DNA of 64,000 nt from positions 6,625 through 70,624 of the IMG/VR virus record IMGVR_UViG_3300049893_002106. One strand, written 5' to 3'. Origin of the DNA: a virus. A program made the position numbers and the translations under genes. The notes under the pieces were generated by a model. It ran no database searches, was not told the origin of the DNA, and saw only the letters and a program-made list of their open reading frames with translations. Positions 48,608 through 58,068 of this stretch are shown in pieces. Each line of letters opens with the position of its first letter. Position 1 is the stretch's first letter.

Positions 48608-50380
48608 TCAAGGAGCGGGTATATTTTCAATTTTCGGTCTAACGTATTTTATTTGTCCGTAATCCCAAAACTTTTTAAGACCTATATCATAGCCACTATT
48701 TCCAAGATATTTTCTTCTGTTCCAGTGGAAATATCCGTCAGTCCATTCAAACCCAATATGTTCACTTGTTTTGATAAATCCCATAGCTAAAAGGTGTTTT
48801 CCACTTCCATGTCTCCTGTCAACAAAGTTAATTATATCTTTGTCTTTTGGCAATAGCTTTAAAAGCTTAGAATATCCACCAGTTACAGAATGGCCTACCA
48901 GAGAGGCAAACCTGCTTATATGGATAACACCGCTCTCTTCATAAAACCTTATGGCGCATACCAGTTTTCCATTGCTATATAGTCCAAAAGTCTTACCCTT
49001 GCCTCTTCCCCTTAGATGATTATTGTCAAAAAAGGCATTAGATTCAGTATTGTCCACTTCTTTAATTTCACACTTTCTTGCTCTTACTATTTTAGACTTA
49101 CCAAGCTTATTATTAATCATAGAATCAACAATTTCCCTCTTTTCCTTGACCTCAAATTCAGAGAATGCGAGGAGGTTGTAGCCAAGATTGTTAAAGGCTT
49201 CCCATTTTTTAAAATGATAATCTTTGCTTTTCTTTTCTTCTGAGTGGTATCTCATGCCATCTGTTTCTATTATTAATTTTCTCTCTTCCAGTCTAATATC
49301 TGGTCTATAATTAACCCCACTTAGAGCCTTGTTATATATAGCACCTTCTATCTGGATTAATTGTTCAAAAGACTTGGTAGATATGGCAGTTTCCATAACG
49401 CCTATGCCATTTTTTATATTTCTGTAATATCTTAAATTTGGAACTCCCATCGCCTTGCATGCCTTATTTAAGGAAATTCCACTATCTAACAAATTCTTAA
49501 TACCAACTCCAATGTCTATATTTTTCATTCTTCTTACGATAGAGGAGCTTAATGCGCTTTTCCATTTTTGAGTCCAAGACTGACCTCTATAAGTCAGCCT
49601 AGCTTTGCCGTTTTCCAGCTCTTCGATTTCAAGACCTATTGTTTTTAATTTTTCTAAAAACTTTAAATGGTTAGGGTTGTCATTATTAATTTTAGGTCTA
49701 GCTATAGCCCCGTCTATCATGAACCTTCTGATTCTTATACTTCGAGAAACTCCGTCCTCCCATGATACTTGTATAACATTGGACGGGCTGCTTAGATCTC
49801 CGCTATATGATGAGATGCCAGAGTCTTTGATAACTTTTAAAATATCGGCTTCAAAATACTTCTTAGCGTATTTAATGGAATTTTCCCTAGCTCTTTGTTT
49901 ATGTTCCGGTGATTGCGCTGCTGCCCTGACTCTATCCAGCCAGAGTCCGCCTTCTTTTCGTTTGGCGTATTTCTTTTTAAGACACTGTGGGCATTGATAC
50001 GCATGTCCATACCTTTGAAGTGATTTTTGGGCATCTGTCCATGCCGGTGAACCTACAGTGTCACATCCATGGCATTTTATAGATACATGCTCATGAGCCT
50101 TAATAGACCTGGAGGTTGTATCAATAAGGTTGTGGGCTTTAAGTATCTGCTCATCATAGATGACGGCTTTTGCATCTCCGATTTTTTTCTTGAGACATTC
50201 AGGACACTGATACGCCCACCCTTTCTCTTTAAATGAGCGATTGGCCTGATCCCATTTAACTCCACGGCTATTGCTGCAACTGTGGCACTTAAACACCACT
50301 AATTCTTTTTGCTCAATTTGCCTTGTATTTATATCTATAGCCATCATAGTTTCGAGAAGTTCTCTTGATCTAGTTGGCAT
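48608..50380 (-). mobile_element. Free-standing Hef-like / PD-(D/E)xK homing endonuclease (590 aa)
   Basis: Two N-terminal CxxC...CxxC repeats; RPDI...IIETDGMRYHS nuclease; ARKCEIKEV...FFDNNHLRG...ISRFAS...GGYSKLL...FVDRR C-terminal domain. Confidence 0.8.
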
Positions 50381-50439
50381 AACTTTACCCTCCCTCTTTC
50401 CGCATCCATTATCGGACGTTTCATAGGAAAAGTAAAGCG

Positions 50440-50476
50440 AAAAAATAAAAAGAAAAGGCCCGCCGAAGCGAGCCTT
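50440..50476 (-). terminator. Intrinsic terminator after major capsid gene
   Basis: AAGGCTCGC-TTCG-GCGGGCCTT-TTCTTTTTATTTTT (cUUCGg loop). Confidence 0.9.
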
Positions 50477-50499
50477 AACTTACTGATTTAAATCAGATC

Positions 50500-52005
50500 T
50501 TACAGACCTTCACGTTGTTGGAACACGTTATCTGCCAAAGCAAAACTACGCGGACGATCTACAACGCAGCCAACATAGCTTGCGTACACGGTCTCGAAAG
50601 CCAAGCCACGAACGCCAAGGTCAAGCTTGTTCAGCAAGTTACCAAGGGTAGCAAGTTTAGCCCGGTTCTTATCTTTAGGCATGAAAAGAACGCTATCAAG
50701 ACCAGGAACAACTTTACCAGCGTCGCGCCATACAGTAGAAGCGCCACGGGAAGCGATTGCTTTACCGCAGAACATTTCTGTTCCAGCAGCACCGCTTGCT
50801 TCAACTGGGGTTTTGAAGATCAGGTAATGCTCAACGCCAGGGACGTTGGTGATGGTAAGGTCTACGCCTTTGCCTTCGTCACCAGCAGTCATCGTGATGG
50901 TTTGTGGTGCAGAACCTTGGGAAATACCAGAGATGTTTACAGCTTGAACACGGTAAACAGCAACGTCGCCAGCTTTAGCAGCGGTTCCAATCGAAGAACC
51001 AGTCTTAGCTGCTGCAACAGCAGGAGTAGCCGGAGCGGTTCCAACTGAACCAGTAACAGCGATTGGCTTTTGACGGAGGTATTTGAAAACAGTAGGAACG
51101 AAGTCGATAACGCCACCAACAGTTTGGATCGGCAAGCTCATTTGCTCGTCGTTCGTTACGCCAGCGCCACGGATAGCGTACAGTGCGCCAAGATCTCCAC
51201 GCTCGAACGGGAAGAACGTAGCACGGAACTCAGCCAATTGGCTGGTCGTACAGTGAGCTTCTTTAACAGCTCCACGGCTATCACGAACTGCGGTAACGAT
51301 TTTGTCAAGGAAAGGACGGTCAAGAACTGCACCCTTACGGTCGCTAACAACAGAACGGTTGTTGCCGTATCCGATGTAGTCACCAGGGATACCGCGCTGG
51401 CTTTGGTCGCCTTCACGGATGTTAGCTTGGATACCACGGATGTTACGAACTGGGCCATTTGGGTTAGCAGCAGTCGTGCCGTCGATTTCACCAGTCGAGT
51501 CCATGAAGTAGTCGCCACCAACATAAAGGTCACGCTCAAGTTGCTCAGCCATTGCTACAGCAGCGTTGATGTCGTTTTCTTTTTCGATGTCAAGGCTATA
51601 TCCGCCAGCTTCGTTCACGAATTGAGCCATTTGAGTAATCGACTTACGAATACCGTAGACTTTCAGAACTTCAGCAACGCGCATATATTGGCTTGCATCT
51701 TCTTGAGGAAGGAATGCTTCCCAACCAGCCAAGTCAACACCGCTACGAACAGCAGTTTTAACATTGTACTGATAAACAGTTTGGGTTGCTTTCAGCGTAG
51801 GGATGTCTTTGGTCAACATGAAATCTTTGTCTTCCATCGTGATCGAACGGAGGACAGGATCTAGTTGCTCTGCTGCTAAAGCCGAAAGGCCGGTGCGACC
51901 AGCATTTTGAATGCCTTGGTAGCCAGCGCTGAACGACTTAGCAAGGCGGTCTAGCTTCTCGCTTACTTGCTTTAGTTGTGCTTGGTCAATTGCTTGAAAT
52001 CCCAC
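50500..52005 (-). CDS. Major capsid protein (501 aa)
   Basis: LAKSFSAGY...AL.AEQLD.VL.SIT N-terminus as in Herelleviridae-type MCPs; strong codon bias; strong terminator. Confidence 0.9.
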   Translation of the reverse strand: MGFQAIDQAQLKQVSEKLDRLAKSFSAGYQGIQNAGRTGLSALAAEQLDPVLRSITMEDKDFMLTKDIPTLKATQTVYQYNVKTAVRSGVDLAGWEAFLPQEDASQYMRVAEVLKVYGIRKSITQMAQFVNEAGGYSLDIEKENDINAAVAMAEQLERDLYVGGDYFMDSTGEIDGTTAANPNGPVRNIRGIQANIREGDQSQRGIPGDYIGYGNNRSVVSDRKGAVLDRPFLDKIVTAVRDSRGAVKEAHCTTSQLAEFRATFFPFERGDLGALYAIRGAGVTNDEQMSLPIQTVGGVIDFVPTVFKYLRQKPIAVTGSVGTAPATPAVAAAKTGSSIGTAAKAGDVAVYRVQAVNISGISQGSAPQTITMTAGDEGKGVDLTITNVPGVEHYLIFKTPVEASGAAGTEMFCGKAIASRGASTVWRDAGKVVPGLDSVLFMPKDKNRAKLATLGNLLNKLDLGVRGLAFETVYASYVGCVVDRPRSFALADNVFQQREGL

Positions 52006-52060
52006 GATATTTCTCCTAATAAAGATTTCATTAAAAATGGCGCGATATGCGCTATGGATT

Positions 52061-52069
52061 ATTGTAGCA
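52061..52069 (-). promoter_or_regulatory. Putative late promoter motif TGnTAvAAT (representative copy upstream of MCP)
   Basis: TGCTACAAT; sister copies at 3350, 19773, 31412, 45052, 48508, 57982, 59578, 59897, 59932, 62177. Confidence 0.7.
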
Positions 52070-52107
52070 TGTCAAGGCATAAAATTTCCTTGACAAGACA
52101 ACTTTAA

Positions 52108-52149
52108 ATAATATTCAGTAACAGTCTGTTATAATATTCAGTAACAGTC
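52108..52149 (+). repeat. 19-bp direct repeat x2 overlapping an extended -10 promoter
   Basis: ataatattcagtaacagtc at 52108-52126 and 52131-52149; TGTTATAAT at 52127-52135. Confidence 0.85.
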
Positions 52150-52158
52150 GGAGGATTT

Positions 52159-52539
52159 ATGCCGAAAAAAACAAGTTTTTATACAAAAGAAATATTGCAA
52201 GCCCTCAATCTAAAAGATACAACCCCAAGAGCAATACACTCAAAAGATGTAATTAAAGTAATATGCTCTGGCTGTAACTTCACTACAGATGAGCGGCAGT
52301 TTGAATCTCTTCTTAGGAAGTTTAAGTCTCGCTGGTATTCTTGGCTATGTAAAGAATGCTCTGACCGTAGAAGAGACTATGGAGTTAAGAAGTTCTGGGG
52401 GAATAAGGAAAACAAAGAAATAGCTATCAGGAAGCATAAGAATACAATGCTAGAAAAATACGGAGTAGATAATTTTAAAAAAATTCCGGCAAATCCTGAA
52501 TCTTCAGGCCAGACTCCAAAAGATTTAAAACCAGATTGA
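52159..52539 (+). CDS. Zn-binding homing-endonuclease-type DNA-binding protein without nuclease (126 aa)
   Basis: LNLKDTTPRAI...ICSGC...LCKEC matches the repeat in the 590-aa endonuclease; KNTMLEKYGVDN motif; GGAGG RBS. Confidence 0.7.
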   Translation: MPKKTSFYTKEILQALNLKDTTPRAIHSKDVIKVICSGCNFTTDERQFESLLRKFKSRWYSWLCKECSDRRRDYGVKKFWGNKENKEIAIRKHKNTMLEKYGVDNFKKIPANPESSGQTPKDLKPD

Positions 52540-52666
52540 AGTCAGCCAGCGCGGGAGGTAGAGCATAAAAGTTTTCATTCGATACGGACATCCAATAGTC
52601 AAACGCCTCACGAGATACTTCGTGCTTAACTTTGTCAAATAATATTTCAACTTGCTCAAGAGTCAT
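52475..52666 (-). CDS. Hypothetical protein (63 aa)
   Basis: GGAGG RBS; own sigma-70 promoter TTGACA(52711)-17 nt-TATATT. Confidence 0.6.
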   Translation of the reverse strand: MTLEQVEILFDKVKHEVSREAFDYWMSVSNENFYALPPALADFNLVLNLLESGLKIQDLPEFF

Positions 52667-52715
52667 AATGACCTCCAATGACAATATAGCCTATAGGCTA
52701 ATTATTGTCAAAAAA

Positions 52716-53567
52716 TTATGAGCCTATAGTCGTCATTTTAATGGTTCGGCCAAATACCTTGGTAAGTGCTGTAGATAATTGCTCTTTTTTCTTCTCTAGT
52801 TCCTGTGCCCTAGTGGAGAGAAGCTGTGGAGTAATAATAGAAGCGCTTTGACTTACCGAGTCTATGCCCGTACTGACAGAGCTATAAGGGAACATAATAG
52901 GGAGAATGTCGGTTAAAAAGCGCCAAGCCGCCCAAGTCTTAATAAGATCCGACACTACCGTAGGAACTCTATCATTCTCAAATCCTGCGGCATAGCTAAC
53001 TTCAATGACGGCTGGCTGATATGCCCCACGAGCAAAGCCGGTGATGTAGCTAAAAATACCGCCTGCGCTAACTACATTTGTAGAGTCTGTCTGAACAGAT
53101 ACAGCGCCATATGCTGCGATAACATTAATTCTGTTTCTTCTTAAGGAAACCCAGCCAGAGGGGATTGTATAGGTCTGGTATGGGTTAGTAACTTGAGTAT
53201 GAGGGAATTTTAATTGAACAGATACAACCTTGGTGGCTGGCCATCTTTCCAATTTAAGTCCATGGAAATTAGCCTCAAACATCCCATCAATATAATCAAA
53301 AGACTGCCAATGCTGGACAGGAGTAATATTAAAACCCAGAGACATTTCGATCTCTACAATAGCTGACTCAAGGAAAGGTCTTACATGTTCAGGAGTAATT
53401 GGCTCGTTAGTCAATGGGAAAACCTTAGGCAGTCCCATAAGAGCATACTCAAACACATCTCTTGGTTGTGGAACCCCGGAAAGTCTTTTAGTAGACGGCT
53501 CAAACCCATCATCAGCGGAAAACACTGGATAGGTATTATAAACGGAGCCATATAGGGGCTTAGACAT
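52716..53567 (-). CDS. Head-tail adaptor / neck protein
   Basis: FLESAIVEIE..LG, EVSYAAGF...P, TGIDSVSQS motifs; true start MSKPLY. Confidence 0.75.
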   Translation of the reverse strand: MSKPLYGSVYNTYPVFSADDGFEPSTKRLSGVPQPRDVFEYALMGLPKVFPLTNEPITPEHVRPFLESAIVEIEMSLGFNITPVQHWQSFDYIDGMFEANFHGLKLERWPATKVVSVQLKFPHTQVTNPYQTYTIPSGWVSLRRNRINVIAAYGAVSVQTDSTNVVSAGGIFSYITGFARGAYQPAVIEVSYAAGFENDRVPTVVSDLIKTWAAWRFLTDILPIMFPYSSVSTGIDSVSQSASIITPQLLSTRAQELEKKKEQLSTALTKVFGRTIKMTTIGS

Positions 53568-53568
53568 A

Positions 53569-53988
53569 TTAGAATCCTTGAGATGTTTGTTTTTTATTGA
53601 GCGCCCAGTTTTGGAGCCAAACCTTAGTATCTCCAGATTCGGCCAGCTCAAACCTTACCGTTCCGCTGGTAGCCAAATCAACTTCACCTGCCGTCAAGTC
53701 AATTTTAAATAAGCTTCCGTCAGCCGGGACAGGGCACATAGCCGTCTTCGTAATAGTTTGAGGTGCAGCCTGAGTTGGCGTAGCCTGAGTATCTGCCCTT
53801 TGGAATATAACTTTAAGAACAGCTCCAGCGGCAGGCAAATACCTGCGCTGACCAAGAGTATCCTTCACCGTAAGAATACCATAAAGAGTTTTCTTGTTAC
53901 CGCCCAATACCGTCCATTGCTTGTCCTGTAAAGGAACATAGACGTTTGGGGAACTAATCATGTCGATTGGGATAATTTCAAATTCCAT
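53569..53988 (-). CDS. Hypothetical virion protein (139 aa)
   Basis: Coupled within the head operon. Confidence 0.6.
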   Translation of the reverse strand: MEFEIIPIDMISSPNVYVPLQDKQWTVLGGNKKTLYGILTVKDTLGQRRYLPAAGAVLKVIFQRADTQATPTQAAPQTITKTAMCPVPADGSLFKIDLTAGEVDLATSGTVRFELAESGDTKVWLQNWALNKKQTSQGF

Positions 53989-56900
53989 TAGTCTTTCCTT
54001 GGGTTTACTTGTTCACCAGCCTTAACCTTATTCGGCTCCCTAAGAGTTTTCTTAGGTGACTCCGAAGCAATCCCTTTTCCTGGGGAAGCTCCGGTTTTAG
54101 TCTTAGATACTTCTATAGCATCTTTCTTAATTTGGCGAGCGATAATTTTCTTATTCTTTTCCTCGGCCTTAGCTTCTTTCCTCTGACGAACCCGATCTTC
54201 TACCGGCTCAGTTTTAGCGTATTGTGCCTTAATTAATTTTTCGCCTTCAGTTACATGGTGGTCGCGCAGACTTCTCCATTTGTCAGCCTCTTTGCCAGAA
54301 GACTTTTCCATCTTCTCGTGGCACTCTTTAGCGAGCTTTAAATGAGACTGAATAAGACCTTTGCAGTCCGATTTTCCCATCATACCTTTAAACCCAGCAG
54401 AAATATTTTCTGCTAGTGATCCTGCTTTGGGAGTCGATGAATTTTCTGCGGCTGGGGGAGGTGGAGGAGGTGGGGGAGTTCCAAAAGCATTCGTCATAGA
54501 AGATGCCACTGCTGCCGAACGGTCTTCCTTTTTAAGTTCCTCTTTCTTCAGTGGCTTAGATGGTTCTTTTTTATTAAAAGATTTAATATCTGCCATTTTT
54601 TCAGATATACGGTTTAAGCTATTTTTAATCCTCTCCATTCTAGCCGCATGGGACTTGTCAGATGACTCTTTAGCTTTATCCGAAAAACTAGGCTTAACAG
54701 CGCTATTTTTTGTTCCAGAAGCTCCGACCCCGGCCCTCTCCTCAGCATAAGGGCTGCCAGCAGCGGCTTGTTGAGCTAGGGCGGCTTTAATTTTTTCATC
54801 CCTAGTCATATTCTTTCTATCAGTCGCGGCTGGAGCTGACTTAGCAGGCTTAGATGGCTGGGGAGCAGCTTTAGCTTTTTGCGCCTTAGCTTTAGCCCAA
54901 ATAGAGTTCTCTGGAGCCGGAGCCTGTGCATTTACTCTCTTCTTTGTGGCATTAATTTTCTTGCCAGTCTTTAGATCGACAACTTCTTTTTCTAAAGGCT
55001 CAATTTCGCCTTCTTCGCTCTTTTTCATGCCTTTAATAATTTTCAACAAAGAAGACTTTTTCACAAAATCAATATCTTTTTGTGAAAACCCTCTCTTTCT
55101 CATATAATTATCAATTAATAATTTCATATGACCATGCCACTTGTTCTTAGCATGCAACTTTGCCAATGCTCCCTTAGAAGTAGACGGATTAGTAATAAGA
55201 GCGTGGTGTGTAATAGAATCAGGCTTTGTAATGTCGATCATCTCATGAGCAACGTCATCTGGAAGAGATGGGTGATGTGCTAAGCCAGAGGAAATCCTTG
55301 GGCTTTCTCCGTTTCTTACAAACTCTTCAAATAGAGTCCTAAAAAGCTTTGGAGAAGCTTTTGGGTGATTTGCTAATGCTACATTAGCGTCCCAGTCTTT
55401 GCCCACCTTGGATTTAATATAGTCTAAGGTATCCGATCCAGTAGTAGGATTATCTAAAAGAGCTTTTACTACCTTTGAACTAGGAGAATTAAGTTCAGCC
55501 AATAAGTGCAAAGCAGCGGGGTGGGTATTCTGTTTTCTGGCCAACACATAATGCTCATCGCTTCCGGGCAATGAATCTTTAACTCTCTTCAGGTGAGCTG
55601 CCTTATCTATAGAAGACTTGGGAAACTTAGGAGAATTATTTGCTGGACCGGCTGAATTATCGTCTCTTTTATTTGCGTAGGGGCTTCCGGCCTTGGCTTG
55701 CTGATCCAAGGAAGCTTTAATTTTTTGATCCCTTGTCATCTTAGAGCGATCTATTTTTGGCGCACCCTTCTTATTAGAAGGCTTAGGAGCTTTCTTGCTT
55801 TGAAGTCTACCTTCTTCTGGAACCTGCCCCTGAGCTTCTACGCGCTTTTTTGTAGCATTAATTTTCTTGCCAGTCTTTAAATCAACAACTGCCTTACTTA
55901 GCTCTTCAACTGCATCTCCAGATTTACTTAAAGTTGCTAAGCTTTTAAGCAAGCTAACGGTAGACTTTTTTATATCTTTAGACACACTTTCCTCTACCAT
56001 TTTACGCTTAGAGGCACTTTTATCTTTAGGCGCAATATTTTTAGTATTGCCCTCATGGTTCCATACTACAAACCCAGACTTATCAGCCTTTGCTTCGCCC
56101 TTAGCCTTAAGACCTACAACATGGCCGCCTTTCGCATCCAAGAAGCGAAGATCGTGTTCATCACCGCTAATAACCGGCTTACCATTCCAGGTTTTAGGGA
56201 GACTGTCCCCACCAAAAACCACGGCAACATTATGGCCAGCATCTAAAAGGCGCTTAGACATAGTTTCGTTTTTACCGGAATTAGAAAATGTAATATGGTA
56301 GTTTTCGTGCTTATTTTTTAATACACGATCTGGGCGCTTAGTGTAGTCATAAAACTGAACATCTGGATGCGCTTCAAAAATATTTTTACCGCCATAATGA
56401 GGCAGCTTCAGATCTTCCCAGGCAATATCTGAAGTTCCGTTTAGTCTCACTACAGGTTTTTTACCTGAAGCTTTTGCATATTTTTTAATTTTCTCAATGT
56501 CTCCAATTAACTGGTTCATAAATTCGCCAGGATTATTAGCGAGCATTTGAGTTTTGCGAATCCTTGCTTTTTGAATAGCGTTAATATCTTCACCGGCCTT
56601 AAACATACCACCACGGCCAGCAGTATTAAGACAGGCATCGCGGCATCCTTCGGTAGCTGCGACACAAGTATTTCCTACTCCGGCCAAGGTAGCTGGAGCC
56701 AAATGAAGAATTGCAGAAAGAAATCCCTCATGAGCGGAGTTCTTTGCTGTTTTAGCGTTAGACTCCATTGCAGTAAGAATATTATAAGAAGGTTTGTTTC
56801 CTAGTTTACCGCCCTTAGTCGTCTTCAGGCTTAACTCACCTAAATCACGAAGTTTTTTAGCAACAGAATGCTCTAGCCGTCTCTTGGCCATTTCTTCTTC

Positions 56901-57947
56901 TGGGCCATCGCTCTTAGTAAGAGTTTTACCGGCAAAGTGTGATTTGAGTTTATTTTCCAAGATCGACTCAAGCTTAGCGTCAGAATCATGAGCTTCTTGA
57001 CTGAAGAATGGGCCGTTGGCGTGGCCAAGTGTCGCGCTCAAAAGAGAATCAACAGTGTCGCTTTTACTTAAGGGTTTTTTCTTTCCAGTGGTCAGATCTA
57101 CCTTGCCCTTAGTAGTAGTTCCCTTACCAATCCGCTCACGATCAGCAGCTAACTTACTCATAAACTTCATACGGTCGGCAGCGGATTTGGCTTCCCAATC
57201 TTTTTTCCAAGGCGGAGTTGGCTTAGCAGGCTCCTTCTCTTTAGAAGGCTTAACATCTACTTGATCATAAAGCAATTTTACTGGGGGAAGACCTGGAATA
57301 TCTGAGCCGCCTCCCGCTGCCGCAGGAGCGGGTTTCTTTTCTTCCTTCTTTTCTTTTTTATCGTCAGCCGTCTTCTTTGTATAGACCAGCTTCCCAGGCT
57401 CAGCCTTAATTTCATATGACTTAGAAAGATCAGGGCCGCCCTGAGTTTCAGCAGACTCCATTGAAGCCATCTTGCTCATAGAATTATCTGGCTTGCTAGA
57501 TGAAGTCGAAGGTGCTTTGGTTTTAACTTCCTTGCTATCTCCGGCAGAAGGCTTTGCCTTATCTGCTTCATGAGTCTCTTTCGGCCTAGACTCTTTCTTT
57601 GAGTCTTTCTTGTCGGCTTTCTCGGCAGCCTTATGAGCTGCTTCTGTCGGAGCGGTCTTTTGAATATCTTCCTTGTCCTGGCCCAAATGAGCAGCAATAT
57701 CATCATGATGACCGCTTTGTTGTGCATCGTGGTTAGCCTGTGCTTCCACAACCTTTCCATCATGCTTAACATATCTACCTACAACCTTACCATCTTTGTG
57801 TGCTTCTATAGTTTCGACAGCTTTATTTTCTTCGCCCTTCTCAGTGTAGTGATGAAGGACAAGACCAAACATTTTCTTAATTTTATCTCCAAGGCGTGGA
57901 GCATTAGCTGGGATTGGAGTGTCTTTAGTGTCTTTGTTGTCGGCCAT
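53988..57947 (-). CDS. Lys-rich multidomain head-module protein (1319 aa) with GP88-like domain and HEAT/LRV-like repeats
   Basis: CVAATEGCRDACLNTAGRG, RLNGTSD, FYDYTK, YHITFS, DLRFLD, VVGLKAKG (GP88 family); helical ALANHP/LITNP repeats; many hydrophobic-x-K-S/A motifs. Confidence 0.8.
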   Translation of the reverse strand: MADNKDTKDTPIPANAPRLGDKIKKMFGLVLHHYTEKGEENKAVETIEAHKDGKVVGRYVKHDGKVVEAQANHDAQQSGHHDDIAAHLGQDKEDIQKTAPTEAAHKAAEKADKKDSKKESRPKETHEADKAKPSAGDSKEVKTKAPSTSSSKPDNSMSKMASMESAETQGGPDLSKSYEIKAEPGKLVYTKKTADDKKEKKEEKKPAPAAAGGGSDIPGLPPVKLLYDQVDVKPSKEKEPAKPTPPWKKDWEAKSAADRMKFMSKLAADRERIGKGTTTKGKVDLTTGKKKPLSKSDTVDSLLSATLGHANGPFFSQEAHDSDAKLESILENKLKSHFAGKTLTKSDGPEEEMAKRRLEHSVAKKLRDLGELSLKTTKGGKLGNKPSYNILTAMESNAKTAKNSAHEGFLSAILHLAPATLAGVGNTCVAATEGCRDACLNTAGRGGMFKAGEDINAIQKARIRKTQMLANNPGEFMNQLIGDIEKIKKYAKASGKKPVVRLNGTSDIAWEDLKLPHYGGKNIFEAHPDVQFYDYTKRPDRVLKNKHENYHITFSNSGKNETMSKRLLDAGHNVAVVFGGDSLPKTWNGKPVISGDEHDLRFLDAKGGHVVGLKAKGEAKADKSGFVVWNHEGNTKNIAPKDKSASKRKMVEESVSKDIKKSTVSLLKSLATLSKSGDAVEELSKAVVDLKTGKKINATKKRVEAQGQVPEEGRLQSKKAPKPSNKKGAPKIDRSKMTRDQKIKASLDQQAKAGSPYANKRDDNSAGPANNSPKFPKSSIDKAAHLKRVKDSLPGSDEHYVLARKQNTHPAALHLLAELNSPSSKVVKALLDNPTTGSDTLDYIKSKVGKDWDANVALANHPKASPKLFRTLFEEFVRNGESPRISSGLAHHPSLPDDVAHEMIDITKPDSITHHALITNPSTSKGALAKLHAKNKWHGHMKLLIDNYMRKRGFSQKDIDFVKKSSLLKIIKGMKKSEEGEIEPLEKEVVDLKTGKKINATKKRVNAQAPAPENSIWAKAKAQKAKAAPQPSKPAKSAPAATDRKNMTRDEKIKAALAQQAAAGSPYAEERAGVGASGTKNSAVKPSFSDKAKESSDKSHAARMERIKNSLNRISEKMADIKSFNKKEPSKPLKKEELKKEDRSAAVASSMTNAFGTPPPPPPPPAAENSSTPKAGSLAENISAGFKGMMGKSDCKGLIQSHLKLAKECHEKMEKSSGKEADKWRSLRDHHVTEGEKLIKAQYAKTEPVEDRVRQRKEAKAEEKNKKIIARQIKKDAIEVSKTKTGASPGKGIASESPKKTLREPNKVKAGEQVNPRKD

Positions 57948-58011
57948 TTAATTAGTCTCCAGGTAGAGTCTTCAGTTAATGATTTTATCATATGGCGAGT
58001 TTTTTTGCTAG

Positions 58012-58049
58012 AAATAAACAAGGCGAGAACCATATGGCACTCGCCTTGC
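58012..58049 (-). terminator. Intrinsic terminator after scaffold gene
   Basis: CAAGGCGAGTGCCATATGGTTCTCGCCTTG-TTTATTT. Confidence 0.7.
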
Positions 58050-58068
58050 ATTAAGAATAATAACAGAA

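Noticed and set aside
50409-50435. Possible fifth sigma-28 promoter upstream of the homing endonuclease (TTACTTTT-N11-TCCGATAA)
   Set aside because: The -10 is 7/8 but the -35 only 5/8; plausible but too weak to call without a PWM scan
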